Assembly (NCBI GenBank): GCA_963814545.1
Contig: CAWFDC010000008.1
Span: 39,257-103,256 of the forward strand
Length of the DNA stretch: 64,000 nt
Source: an uncultured Thermoleophilia bacterium
Lineage (GTDB): Bacteria; Actinomycetota; Thermoleophilia; UBA2241
Direction: 5' to 3'
A program made the position numbers and the translations under genes. The notes under the pieces are model-generated. The model did no database searches. It saw nothing but the letters and a program-made list of their open reading frames with translations, and was not told the origin of the DNA. This document shows, one piece after another, positions 9,214 through 21,680 of this stretch. How positions within the stretch are numbered: position 1 is the first letter of the stretch; each line of letters starts with the position of its first letter.

Positions 9214-10956
9214 ATGGGCGACCTCCTCCGCATCGACCTCACCACGGGCACCACACGCGAAGAGACGGTGCCTCCCGAGCTGATCCGCGACTTCATCGGG
9301 GGCAAGGGCCTCGGCACCTACTACCTCGGCCAGGAGGTCGCGCCCGACGTCGACCCCCTGAGCCCGCAGGCGAAGCTCATCTTCGTGGCCGGCCCCATGG
9401 CGGGCACCTCGATGCTGGGCAGCAACCGCTACGCTGTCTACTTCGCCTCGCCGCTCACCAACGCCTACTGCGAGGCCTACTCGGGCGGCAACCTCGCCCC
9501 GCAGTTCGCGAAGACGGGCTACAAGGTCGTGATCGTCGAGGGCAAGGCCGCGGGCCCGGTGTACCTCGAGGTCAGCGAGGCCGGGGCGCAGGTCCACAGC
9601 GCCGCCGACCTCTGGGGGCTCGACGCGTTCGAGGCCGAGGACAAGCTCCTCGAGCGCACGGCGCACAAGAAGGCCCAGGCCTGCGTCATCGGCCAGGCGG
9701 GCGAGAACCTCGTGCGCTTCGCCTGCGTCAACAACAACAAGTGGCACCAGCTCGGCCGCGGCGGCCCGGGCGCCGTCTTCGGCAGCAAGAACCTCAAGGG
9801 CATCGTCTGGCACGGCGACGAGAAGGTCGAGGTCGCGCGCCCCGACGAGTTCAAGGCGGTGGTCCGCGACATCGTCGCGCGCACCAAGGACGACCCCGGC
9901 GTCGCCGCCTACCAGCGCGGCGGCACCGTGAACATGGTGCGCCTCATGAACGGCAAGAACGCCTTCCCCACGCGCTACTGGCGCAAGGGCACCGTGGAGG
10001 GCTTCGAGGGTCTCACCACCGAGGCCATGCTCGAGAACTTCGGTACCAAGAACGAGGTCTGCCCTCCGTGCGTGATGAAGTGCGTCAAGCACAACACCGT
10101 CTTCGAGGGCCGGCACGAGGGGCTCGAGTGCGAGGGTCCCGAGTACGAGACCCTCTACGTGTTCGGCGGGCTCTGCGAGATCGTCGACTTCGCCGAGATC
10201 ATGTGGCTCAACGACCTCTGCGACCGCTGGGGCGTCGACACCATGAGCGCCGGCAACCTCTGCGCCCTGGCGATCGAAGCGTCGCAGCGCGGCCTGATCG
10301 ACGAGAAGATGGACTTCGCCGACCCCGACTGCGTGGCCGAGTTCCTGCGCAAGATGTGCTTCCGCGAGGGCATCGGCGACGTCTGGGCCGAGGGCATCCT
10401 CCGGGTCGAGAGGGAGTACGGCCTCGAGGGCATCGCCGTGCACGCCAAGGGCATGGAGCCGGCGGGCTACGATCCCCGCGTGATGAAGGGCATGGGCCTC
10501 GGCTTCGCCACCACGGCGCGCGGCGCCTGCCACCTGCGGGCGACGATGTACAAGCCCGAGCTCCTCGGTCTCGTCGACGCCCGCGCCTGGGAGGACAAGG
10601 CGGCGGTCTACTGCGACTGGGAGGACCGGCTGACGATCATGGACACGCTGATCTACTGCCGCTTCTACCGCGACCTCGTGCCGTGGCCGTACATCACCCA
10701 GGTCGTCAACGCCGCTGTGGGCACCGATCACTCCGAAGAAGACCTGCACGCCGTAGCCAACCGCATCATCACGATGACCCACGAGTACAACGCCGCGCGC
10801 GGCATCGGCCGTGAGTCCGAGAAGCTGCCGGACTGGGTCACCGAGAAGCCGATGGAGGACGAGAACGCCTTCGTCTTCCCGCAGAGCGAGATGGTCGGCA
10901 TGCTCACCGACTACTACCGTATCCGCGGCTGGGGCGAGTTGCCGGCGCTGACGTAG
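9214..10956 (+). CDS. aor: Aldehyde:ferredoxin oxidoreductase family (tungstopterin) enzyme
   Basis: GGKGLG, SPLT, GRGG.GAVFGSKNLKGI, CxxCxxxC, EGPEYET, CDRWGVDTMS, YDPR..KGMGL..RGACH. Confidence 0.92.
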   Translation: MGDLLRIDLTTGTTREETVPPELIRDFIGGKGLGTYYLGQEVAPDVDPLSPQAKLIFVAGPMAGTSMLGSNRYAVYFASPLTNAYCEAYSGGNLAPQFAKTGYKVVIVEGKAAGPVYLEVSEAGAQVHSAADLWGLDAFEAEDKLLERTAHKKAQACVIGQAGENLVRFACVNNNKWHQLGRGGPGAVFGSKNLKGIVWHGDEKVEVARPDEFKAVVRDIVARTKDDPGVAAYQRGGTVNMVRLMNGKNAFPTRYWRKGTVEGFEGLTTEAMLENFGTKNEVCPPCVMKCVKHNTVFEGRHEGLECEGPEYETLYVFGGLCEIVDFAEIMWLNDLCDRWGVDTMSAGNLCALAIEASQRGLIDEKMDFADPDCVAEFLRKMCFREGIGDVWAEGILRVEREYGLEGIAVHAKGMEPAGYDPRVMKGMGLGFATTARGACHLRATMYKPELLGLVDARAWEDKAAVYCDWEDRLTIMDTLIYCRFYRDLVPWPYITQVVNAAVGTDHSEEDLHAVANRIITMTHEYNAARGIGRESEKLPDWVTEKPMEDENAFVFPQSEMVGMLTDYYRIRGWGELPALT

Positions 10957-10983
10957 CCGGCGGGGGAGCGCCCAGGCGGGAGA

Positions 10984-11033
10984 GACGACGGCGGGGCGCG
11001 GCTGCTCTCAAGCAGCCGCGCCCCGCCGTCGTC
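10984..11033. terminator. Long hairpin between convergent genes, probable bidirectional terminator
   Basis: GACGACGGCGGGGCGCGGCTGCT-ctca-AGCAGCCGCGCCCCGCCGTCGTC. Confidence 0.75.
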
Positions 11034-11060
11034 GCGCGTCCGGGCCGGGCGTCGTGGCGC

Positions 11061-11393
11061 CTAGCTTCGCCGGCCGCTCAGGTAGTCGCGCACGCGCCGG
11101 TAGGGCGCGAAGCCGCCGTTCAGGGCCTGCGTGAGGATCTGGAGGCGGGCCACGCTCTCCTGCAGGCGGGCGGTGCTGGCGGTGAGCGCCGCGGCGTCGG
11201 CTTCGAGCTGCGCCGTGCCCTGCTCGATGCTGCGCCCGGCGGCGTCGAGCCTCGCGATGTGCGGGGCCATCGATCGCGAGAGGGCGAGCCCCCGGCGGAA
11301 GAGGTGGTAGCCGCGCACGCCGAGGTAGGCGAACGCGCCGAACACCACGGCGAGGCTCGCGAGGCCGACGATGAGGAGTGTCCAGCCGTCCAT
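11061..11393 (-). CDS. Hypothetical membrane-anchored coiled-coil protein
   Basis: 110 aa; N-terminal hydrophobic helix followed by a heptad-like segment. Confidence 0.65.
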   Translation of the reverse strand: MDGWTLLIVGLASLAVVFGAFAYLGVRGYHLFRRGLALSRSMAPHIARLDAAGRSIEQGTAQLEADAAALTASTARLQESVARLQILTQALNGGFAPYRRVRDYLSGRRS

Positions 11394-11599
11394 GCGGCTA
11401 GTCTACCGCGTACGGCCGGTCCGTCGACAGGGCCGGCCTTCGTCGCCCCAGGCCGGGCACCCCGGGGTGCTGCGGGCCGCGGCGGGCGGGGCGGGGGGCG
11501 GGCGGCGGCGGAGGGCGCCGACCGCCCCGCGCCGGACTCTCGCGGGCACCGGGCTTACGACGAGCCGCCTGCGGCTGCTGCCCACGGCGGGCGCGACGC

Positions 11600-12733
11600 C
11601 TAGGGCAGGCGCGGGGAGTAGCGGCAGGCGAGGCTGCAGCCGCGGCCCTCGAGCACGCTGACGACCACGCCGTAGTCGCGCCCGCGAGCCTCGATGAAGA
11701 GCCCGCGGCCGATGTACATGCCGACGTGGTGGTAGAAGGCCGGCGTGCCGAAGAAGACGAGGTCGCCGGGCTGCAGCGCCGAGAGCGGCATCGGCCGCCC
11801 CATGCGCGCCTGCAGCGTCGCGCCGTGAGGCATCTCGACCCCGTGCTTGGCGTAGACGTACATCGCGAGCCCGGAGCAGTCGAAGCCGACGTCGGGCTCG
11901 GCGCCGCCCCAGACGTAGGGCTTGCCGACCCAGCGCAGCGCCTCGCGCACCAGGGAGAGCTGGACGGGGGTGCCCTTGAGCGAGTCGAGGTCGACGCCGG
12001 CCCGGGCGGCGAGGCGGCGGGCCTCGGCCGCGGCGCGGCGAGCCTCGCGCTCGAGGATCTTCTTGATGCGCCCGTCGAGGTCGCGCAGGACCGCCTCGCG
12101 GCGAGCCAGCTCGTCCTCGACCATGGCGCGCTCCTCCTCGAGGCGCTGCTCGGTCGCCTGCGCCGCCTGGCGGCGGGCCTCGAAGCGGACCTCGAGCTCC
12201 TCGGCCTGGCGGGCGAGCCCTTCGATCGCCGTGACGGCGTCGCCGTCGGCGTCGGTGATCAGGCGGTAGAACTCGAGCTGACGCTGCATCTCGGTGAGGT
12301 CGGCGGCCCCGAAGACGATGTCGAGCAGCCCGAGCTCGCCGCCCTTGTACATGGCGCGGGTACGCGAGGCGAGGAGGTCGCGGGCGAGGTCGAGCTTGGT
12401 CTCGACGAGCGCCAGCTCGCCGCGGATGTCCATGAGCTCGATGGTGAGCTCGTCGAGAGCGGAGGCCGCCTGGTCGTAGCGCTCGACGGCCACGGCGACA
12501 CGGTGGTCGAGGCGCTCGATCTCGGTGCGCACGCGGCGCGCCTCGGCACGCAGCTCGGGGACGGTCTCGGGGCCGGAACTGAACGAGAGTGACGGCGGCG
12601 CGGCGGCGGCGGTCTCGGCGGTGAGTGCCGCGAGCGCCGGCCCGCCGAGGACGACGGCGAGGACGGCGAGGCACGCCGCGGCCCACGCCGCGGCGTGCCT
12701 CGCCGTCCTCGCTGCCTCACATCGCAGGACCAT
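11600..12733 (-). CDS. Secreted NlpC/P60 peptidoglycan endopeptidase with coiled coil (CwlO/RipA-like)
   Basis: Signal peptide, long coiled coil, GKPYVWGG..GFDCSGL, PGDLVFF, HHVGMYIG. Confidence 0.92.
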   Translation of the reverse strand: MVLRCEAARTARHAAAWAAACLAVLAVVLGGPALAALTAETAAAAPPSLSFSSGPETVPELRAEARRVRTEIERLDHRVAVAVERYDQAASALDELTIELMDIRGELALVETKLDLARDLLASRTRAMYKGGELGLLDIVFGAADLTEMQRQLEFYRLITDADGDAVTAIEGLARQAEELEVRFEARRQAAQATEQRLEEERAMVEDELARREAVLRDLDGRIKKILEREARRAAAEARRLAARAGVDLDSLKGTPVQLSLVREALRWVGKPYVWGGAEPDVGFDCSGLAMYVYAKHGVEMPHGATLQARMGRPMPLSALQPGDLVFFGTPAFYHHVGMYIGRGLFIEARGRDYGVVVSVLEGRGCSLACRYSPRLP

Positions 12734-12790
12734 CGTCGCTGACTCTATCGGCGGGCCGCGCGAATCGATGAGGTTGTCGGGGCCGCGGTC

Positions 12791-12820
12791 TTTACAATCG
12801 CGCGGCGGGGGGTGTACAAT
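12791..12820 (+). promoter_or_regulatory. Sigma-70-type promoter of tRNA-fMet
   Basis: TTTACA-18 nt-TACAAT ending 12 nt before the tRNA. Confidence 0.7.
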
Positions 12821-12832
12821 CCCTGACCGCGT

Positions 12833-12909
<77 letters not shown>

Positions 12910-12917
12910 AGCCTTCC

Positions 12918-12947
12918 GGGGCGCCCGTTCGGGCGCCCTTCCTTTTG
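12918..12947 (+). terminator. Intrinsic terminator after tRNA-fMet
   Basis: GGGCGCCCG-TT-CGGGCGCCC followed by TTCCTTTT. Confidence 0.75.
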
Positions 12948-13041
12948 CCCGGGACTGTCCAGCGATCGCGTGGCGCGCCTCGGCCGTACGCGACCGCGTC
13001 GGCGGGCATGGCGCTGCGCCGCCGGCCCACGCGCGCCGGCC

Positions 13042-13118
13042 TCACCGCCCCCGCACGGACCGTCACCGCCCCCGCACGGACCGTCACCGCCCCCGCACGG
13101 ACCGTCACCGGCCCGCAC
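13042..13118. repeat. 21-bp tandem repeat (about 3.7 copies)
   Basis: TCACCGCCCCCGCACGGACCG at 13042, 13063 and 13084, degenerate at 13105. Confidence 0.9.
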
Positions 13119-13184
13119 CCGCCTCTGCTATGCTCGGCGCGTGCGGGTGGTCGTGGGTCGGCCGGATGCGGCTCGGGAGGTGCG

Positions 13185-13259
13185 ATGTCGGCGCTGCTGG
13201 TGGTCAACGGGGCTCCGTGCGGGAGCGAGGCCTGCTGCCGCGCCCACCTCTCCTTCTGA
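13185..13259 (+). pseudogene. 24-codon mini-ORF, possible remnant of a DsrE/YchN-family gene
   Basis: GGAGG RBS and ATG; MSALLVVNGAPCGSEA resembles the YchN N-terminus; ends LSF*. Confidence 0.4.
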
Positions 13260-13263
13260 GACC

Positions 13264-14845
13264 TTGAGCGACGGTCGCGGCCAGGCACGGGCGTTCGAGC
13301 GGCGCGTCTGCGACTTCGTCGCCGCGCGCGAGGTGCTGCGCCCGGGCGAGCGGCCGCTCGTCCTGCTGTCCGGCGGGCCCGACTCGATGTGTCTGCTGCA
13401 TCTGCTCCCGATCATCGACCGGCGCCTCAGTCTCGGCCTGCGGGCCGCCGTGCTGCACGTCGACTACGGTCTCCGCGGCGCCGCGTCCGACCGCGACCGC
13501 GAGCTTGTCGAGGACGCGTGTGAGACCGCCGGGCTGACGCTGCACGTCGAGCGTCTCGAGGGCTCGTTGCGGCGCCCCCGACTTCCAGGCCCGGGCGCGG
13601 GCCCAGCGCTACGGACTGGCGCGCGAGTTGGCACGGCGCTTCGGCTACGCTCCATTGGTGACGGCCCACAACCGCGACGACCAGGCAGAGACGGTCCTCT
13701 ACCGGCTGGTGAAGTACGCCTCGCCGCTCGGCCTCGCCGGCATGAGGGCGCGCGAGCAAGACGTCGCGCGCCCGCTGCTCGGCGCGGGCGCCGCCGAGAT
13801 CCGGGGCTACTGCGCGACGCAGGGCATCGCGTACGGCTTGGATGCCTCGAACCTCGAGCCCGTCTACGCACGCAACGCGATCCGTCTCGAGGTGCTGCCG
13901 GCGCTCGCCCGACTCAACCCGCGCGTCGGCGAGACCCTGGCCGATGCGGCGGCGATGGCCGCCGCCGAGGGCGAGGTCGTCGCCGCCGCGCTCGACGGCG
14001 CCTGGGAGCGCGTGAGGGCGACCCCGCGGCACGGCGAGCTCGCCGCCCTCGACCTCGCGGCTCTCGCCGCCGAGCCGCCGGCGCTCCGTGCCCTCTGCCT
14101 TCGCCGCCTGGCGGCGGCGGGCCTCCCGGCCGGCGCCCTCGTCACGCGCCGCCAGGTGGAGGCGCTCGAGAAGCTCGCCGGGCGTCGCGCCGGCGCCGGC
14201 CGGGCGACGCTGAGAGGAGGCCGGGAGGCCGTCCGCGAGAGGAGCCGTCTGGCGGTGCGCCCGGTCCCGGCGGCGCACGTCTGCGCGCCGGTCGAGGTCT
14301 CCGTCGTCGCGCCGCCGCCGTCCTCGGCGACGCCGCCGGAGTCGTGTGTCGCCGGGTTCTGCCGTTGGCGTCTGCGGGCGATCGTCTCGCCCGGCGCCCA
14401 TCCGCCAGAGCCGTTCGAGCGCGGGGCGCGTCCGGTCGAGGTACGTGCGGCCGAGGTACGTGCGGCCGAGGTACGTCCGGCCGAGGTATGTCCGGCCGAG
14501 GCTCCCCGGGGGTCCGCGCCGCCCGCCGGCGGCGGGCGCGACGAGCGGCGCCTGAGCCTCGGCTTCGCCGCCCCGCCCCGCTTGCTCGCCCTGCGACACC
14601 CGCGGCGCGGTGAGCGCTTCACGCCCTTCGGCCGCGCCGCGGCGACCACGCTCGCGCGCTTCCTGGCCGGCGCCGGCTGCGGCGGGGACGAGCGCCGGCG
14701 GGCGCTCGTCCTCGAGGTCGACGGCGCCCCCGCGGCCGTCGCCTTCGTCGACCCTGCCGGCGCCGTGCGCAGCAGGGTTGCGCAAGAGCGAAGGGTGACA
14801 CAGAGTACGGAGTGGACATTGAGCGTCGCACTGGAGGAGCGGTGA
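13264..14845 (+). CDS. tilS: tRNA(Ile)-lysidine synthase (one apparent +1 frameshift near 13578; start approximate)
   Basis: SGGPDS PP-loop and HVDYGLRG in one frame; [19 protein letters not shown] and D.SN....RNAIR in the next frame; upstream of hpt-ftsH. Confidence 0.88.
14429..14501. repeat. 15-bp coding tandem repeat (AEVR[A/P], 4-5 copies) in tilS
   Basis: CGAGGTACGT[G/C]CGGC units at 14437, 14452, 14467 and 14482. Confidence 0.85.
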
Positions 14846-15408
14846 GCGGACCGATCGCCGAGGTGCTCGTCGGGCGCGAGGAGCTGGCCGCGCGCGTCGA
14901 CGAGCTGGCCGAGCAGATCTCGCGGGACTACGAGGGCGAGGAGCTGCTGCTGGTCGGCGTGCTCAAGGGCGCCGTCTTCTTCATGGCCGACCTGGCCCGG
15001 CGGCTGACCGTGCCCTGCACCCTCGACTTCATGGCGGTCTCGAGCTACGGCTCGTCGACCGACTCCTCCGGTGTCGTGCGCATCCTCAAGGACCTCGACA
15101 CCGAGATCGAGGGTCGCCACGTGCTCATCGTCGAGGACATCATCGACTCCGGGCTCACGCTGAGCTACCTGCTCAAGAACCTGCGCACGCGTAAGCCGGC
15201 GTCGCTCGAGGTCTGTGCCCTGCTCACCAAGCCGGCCCGGCGGCGCACGCACATCACCTGCAAGTACACGGGGTTCGAGATGCCGAACAAGTTCGTCGTC
15301 GGCTACGGTCTCGACTTCGCCGAGCGCTACCGCACGCTCGACTACATCGCCGTGCTGACCGCCGACGCCGCCGCCGGCATCCCCGGCGAGCAGAGTTCTT
15401 TGCTGTAG
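14842..15408 (+). CDS. hpt: Hypoxanthine phosphoribosyltransferase
   Basis: [38 protein letters not shown]. Confidence 0.96.
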   Translation: MSGPIAEVLVGREELAARVDELAEQISRDYEGEELLLVGVLKGAVFFMADLARRLTVPCTLDFMAVSSYGSSTDSSGVVRILKDLDTEIEGRHVLIVEDIIDSGLTLSYLLKNLRTRKPASLEVCALLTKPARRRTHITCKYTGFEMPNKFVVGYGLDFAERYRTLDYIAVLTADAAAGIPGEQSSLL

Positions 15409-15491
15409 GAGGGGGGGTATGCTACCGTCGAGGGGTCCCCACCCGACCCCCACCGTGCTCTCGCACGCAACGTCCCACCCAGAGGTAGACC

Positions 15492-17666
<2,175 letters not shown>

Positions 17667-17686
17667 GCCCGGTCCCGGCCTCCGCA

Positions 17687-18256
17687 GTGGACCGCGACAA
17701 GATCCAGGAAGGCGTACGGCTCATCCTCGAGGGGATCGGCGAAGACCCCTCGCGGCCGGGGCTCCTCGAGACGCCGCGGCGCGTCGCCGACATGTACGAG
17801 GACATCTTCGTCGGCATCGGCGCCGCCGACCCGGCGGAGCTCCTGACCGCGGTCCCCGGCGACCATCACCGCGAGATGGTCCTCATCAAGGACATCGACT
17901 TCTACTCCATCTGCGAGCACCACCTGCTGCCCTTCGCCGGCACGGCCCACGTGGCGTACATCCCGAGCAAGGACGGGCGCATCGCCGGCCTGTCCAAGCT
18001 CGCCCGCGTCGTGCGCCTCGTCGCCGCGCGGCCACAGCTCCAGGAGCGCATCACCTCCGAGATCGCCGACGCCCTCGTGAGCGCCCTCGACCCGGTGGGG
18101 GCCGCGGTGCTCATCGAGGCCGAGCACCTCTGCATGTCGATGCGCGGCGTGCGCACCCCCGGCGCGCGCACCGTCACGAGCGCCGTGCGCGGCATCATCC
18201 AGACGAGCACGGCGACACGCGCCGAGGTGTTCGCCCTCATCAACGCCGGCCGCTAG
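17687..18256 (+). CDS. folE: GTP cyclohydrolase I
   Basis: [44 protein letters not shown]. Confidence 0.95.
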   Translation: MDRDKIQEGVRLILEGIGEDPSRPGLLETPRRVADMYEDIFVGIGAADPAELLTAVPGDHHREMVLIKDIDFYSICEHHLLPFAGTAHVAYIPSKDGRIAGLSKLARVVRLVAARPQLQERITSEIADALVSALDPVGAAVLIEAEHLCMSMRGVRTPGARTVTSAVRGIIQTSTATRAEVFALINAGR

Positions 18257-18258
18257 CC

Positions 18259-19113
18259 GTGGACGCCCCCGCCGTCCGCCTCGAGGTCCAGTTGCCCTGC
18301 GTGATGGGCATCCTCAACGTGACCCCCGACTCGTTCTCCGACGGCGGCCGCTTCACGCAGCTCGAGGCCGCCGTCGCGCAGGGCATCGCCATGGCGCGCG
18401 ACGGCGCCGCGATCATCGACGTCGGCGGCGAGTCGACGCGGCCGGGCTCCGACCGGGTGTCGCTCGACGAGGAGCTGGCCCGCGTGCTCCCCGTCATCGA
18501 GCGCCTGCGGGCCGAGACCTCGGCCGTGATCTCGATCGACACGTACAAGGCCGAGGTCGCGCGGCAGGCGCTCGAGGCCGGCGCGGCGCTCGTCAACGAC
18601 GTCAGCGCCCTGCGCATGGACCCGGCGATGGTCGAGGTCGTCGCCGAGACCGGCGCGCCGGCGATCCTCATGCACATGCAGGGCGAGCCCAAGACGATGC
18701 AGCAGGACCCGCACTACGACGACGTCGTCGACGACGTGCGCGCCTTCCTCGACGAGCGCATGGGCTTCGCGCTCGCCCGCGGGGTCGACGAGGAGCAGCT
18801 CCTCATCGACCCCGGCATCGGCTTCGGCAAGACCGTCGCTCACAACCTCGTCCTGCTGCGCGGGCTCTCCCGGCTGAAGGAGCTGGGGCGCCCGCTGGTG
18901 CTCGGCGCCTCGCGCAAGCGCTTCCTCGGGGCGATCCTCGGCGCCGAGCCGGGCGGGCGCCTCATCGGCACCGTCGCCTCCACGGTGATCGGCCTGATGA
19001 ACGGCGCCGACGTCGTGCGCGTGCACGAGGTGCGCGAGAACTTCGAGGCCCTGCGCGTCGTCCTCGCCCTGCGCGAGGCCGGCGACGAGGCCGGCCCCGG
19101 GGCCGGCCGCTGA
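18259..19113 (+). CDS. folP: Dihydropteroate synthase
   Basis: MGILNVTPDSFSDGG, DVGGESTRPG, DPGIGFGK, SRKRF, RVHEV. Confidence 0.96.
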   Translation: MDAPAVRLEVQLPCVMGILNVTPDSFSDGGRFTQLEAAVAQGIAMARDGAAIIDVGGESTRPGSDRVSLDEELARVLPVIERLRAETSAVISIDTYKAEVARQALEAGAALVNDVSALRMDPAMVEVVAETGAPAILMHMQGEPKTMQQDPHYDDVVDDVRAFLDERMGFALARGVDEEQLLIDPGIGFGKTVAHNLVLLRGLSRLKELGRPLVLGASRKRFLGAILGAEPGGRLIGTVASTVIGLMNGADVVRVHEVRENFEALRVVLALREAGDEAGPGAGR

Positions 19114-19120
19114 GACGGCG

Positions 19121-19483
19121 ATGCCCGATCGCCTGACCATCGCCGTCGAGGGCCTGCGCCTGCGCGGCCGCTGCGGAGTGACGGCCGAGGAGCGCGCCCT
19201 CGGGCAGACGCTCGTCTTCGACCTGCGGCTCGTGCCGGCGGCGTGCCCGGGCGCCGTCACCGACGCCCTCGAGGACACCGTCAACTACGGCGACGTGGTC
19301 AGGGCGGTGACGGCGACGGTGGCCGAGGGCGAGTTCCACCTCCTCGAGCGCCTCGCGACCGTCGTCGCCGACCGTCTGTGGAGCGCCGCCCTCGACGAGC
19401 TCTTCGTGCGCGTGCGTAAGATCGACCCCCCGGTCCCGGCCCCCACCGAGGCCGCCGCCGTGGAGCTCGTCAGGCGGCGGTGA
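19121..19483 (+). CDS. folB: Dihydroneopterin aldolase
   Basis: GV..EER.LGQ, DTVNY, LLERLA, conserved Lys; lies between folP and folK. Confidence 0.9.
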   Translation: MPDRLTIAVEGLRLRGRCGVTAEERALGQTLVFDLRLVPAACPGAVTDALEDTVNYGDVVRAVTATVAEGEFHLLERLATVVADRLWSAALDELFVRVRKIDPPVPAPTEAAAVELVRRR

Positions 19484-19992
19484 GCGGCGCGGCGCGCCGG
19501 GCGTTCGTCGCGCTCGGCTCGAACCTCCGCGACCGCGGGGCCTATCTCGCGCAGGCGCGTGACGCCCTCGCGGCACTGCCCGGCACCAGTCTCCTCGGGG
19601 TCTCGTCCGTCTACGAGACGGCGCCCCAGGACCGTGCCGACCAGCCGGCGTTCCTGAACCAGGTCGTGGCCCTCGAGACCGCCCTCGAGCCGTGCGACCT
19701 GCTCGCCGCCTGCCAGCGCATCGAGACCGACCACGGCCGCCGCCGTGAGGTCCGCTTTGGCCCGCGCACGCTCGACATCGATATACTCCTGCTCGAGGGC
19801 ATGGAGTCCGACGACCCGCTGCTCACCTTGCCGCACCCGCGTATGTGGCAGCGCGCCTTCGTGCTCGTGCCGCTGGCGGAGGTCTGGTCCTTCGCCAGGG
19901 GCATGCCCGCGGTCGACGTGCCGGCCCTCGGCAGGGAGCTGGCCCGCCGGCAGCCCGTCCAACGCTACGTCCCGCCGGAGGCCCGGGGATGA
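19480..19992 (+). CDS. folK: 2-amino-4-hydroxy-6-hydroxymethyldihydropteridine pyrophosphokinase
   Basis: ALGSNL, SSVYET.P, FLN, GPRTLDIDIL, LPHPRM..RAFVL.PL. Confidence 0.96.
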   Translation: MSGAARRAFVALGSNLRDRGAYLAQARDALAALPGTSLLGVSSVYETAPQDRADQPAFLNQVVALETALEPCDLLAACQRIETDHGRRREVRFGPRTLDIDILLLEGMESDDPLLTLPHPRMWQRAFVLVPLAEVWSFARGMPAVDVPALGRELARRQPVQRYVPPEARG

Positions 19993-20050
19993 CGGTGACC
20001 TACGCTCGACCGACTGCCGGCTCGCCCGCGCGACCCCGGGGGGTCGTCAC

Positions 20051-21680
20051 GTGACGCGCCCCTACATCGCCGCCGTCGACGCGGCGGGGCTGCACCGCCG
20101 CACCTTCGACGTCCTGGTCCTCGGCGGCGGCATCGCCGGCCTCACGGCGGCGATCGGCGCGGCGCGCCGCTGGCGCGTCGGCCTCCTCACCAAATCCACC
20201 TTCGAGGAGACGACGACCTTCCTCGCCCAGGGCGGCATCGCCGCCGCGCTCGGCAAGTCCGACTCTCCCGACCTGCACTTCGAGGACACGATGCGCGCCG
20301 GCGCCGGGCTCTGCGACGCCGAAGCGGCTCGGGTCCTCGTCGACGAGGGCCCGGCGCGCGTCCGCGAGCTCATGGAGATCTGCCCGCGCTTCGACCGCGT
20401 CGAGGGCGAGATCGTGCTCAGCCGCGAAGGCGCGCACTCGGTGCCCCGGGTCGTGCACGCCGGCGGCGACGCGACCGGCAGCGAGGTTTCGAGCGCCATG
20501 GCCGAGGCGCTGCGGCTCGGCAGCCGCGTGCAGCTCTACGAGGACGAGTTCGTGATCGACCTGCTCACCGTCGGCGGGCGCTGCGTCGGCGCGCTCTCGC
20601 GCAGCATGGTCGACGGCCAGACGACCCTCAACCTCGCGATGGTGACGGTCCTCGCGACCGGCGGCGCCGGGCCAGGTCTACGCGCGCACGACCAACCCGC
20701 GGGTGGCCACGGGGGACGGCGTGGCGATGGCCTACCGCGCCGGGGCGGCGATCCGGGACCTCGAGTTCGTCCAGTTCCACCCGACCGGCCTGGCCCTCGA
20801 CGGGCAGGACACCGTCCTGCTCATCACCGAGGCGCTGCGCGGCGAGGGCGCCTACCTGCGCAACACGGCGGGTGACCGCTTCATGGTCGCCGCCGATGCC
20901 CGTGCCGAGCTCGCCGCGCGCGACGTCGTCGTGCGCGCCATGGTGGCCGAGATGCGCCGCGAGGGCGTCGACCGGGTCTATCTCGACGCCACCCACCTCG
21001 ACGCCGACATGCTGCACCGCCGCTTCCCGACCGTGACCGCCGGCCTTGCCAGGCACGACCTCGACCTCGCCCGCGACCTGATCCCGGTGGCGCCGGTCAG
21101 CCACTACCTCATCGGCGGCGTGCAGACCGACGTGTGGGGCCGCACCACGGTCCCCGGGCTCTACGCCAGCGGCGAGGTGGCCAGCACCGGCGTCCACGGC
21201 GCCAACCGGCTGGCCTCGAACTCGCTCCTCGAGGGCCTCGTGTTCTCCGACCGCGTGGTGCGCGACCTGGACCGCTACGTGAGCCGGCTCGGCGAGGACG
21301 TGCGCCGCCTGCAGTTCGACCTGCCGGCCCCGGCCGCCGCCGGCGGCGGGCACGACGCGGCCGCCGCCGCCCGCGCTCGCCTCACCGCCGTCATGTCGGC
21401 CAAGGTCGGCGTGCTGCGCCGGGCCGACGAACTGCAGGCGGCGATCGCCGAGCTGCGCGAGCTCAACTCGGCCGTGGACTCTGCCGGCGCCGAGGTGCCC
21501 GAGTACGAGTTCTACAACCTGCTGACCCTGGCGACGCAGATCGCCAAGTCGGCCCTGCTGCGCGAGGAGTCACGCGGCGTCCACCTGCGCGAGGACTTCC
21601 CGGCCAGCGACGAGGACTGGGTGCGCCACATCACCCTCCGTCTGCCCGACCTTCAGGTCGAGCCCGAGGAGGACGAGTGA
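20051..21680 (+). CDS. nadB: L-aspartate oxidase (one apparent +1 frameshift near 20670)
   Basis: GGGIAGL, AQGGIAA, EGAHS..RVVHAGGDATG, then EFVQFHPT, LITEALRGEG, GVHGANRLASNSLLEG; upstream of nadC. Confidence 0.92.
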
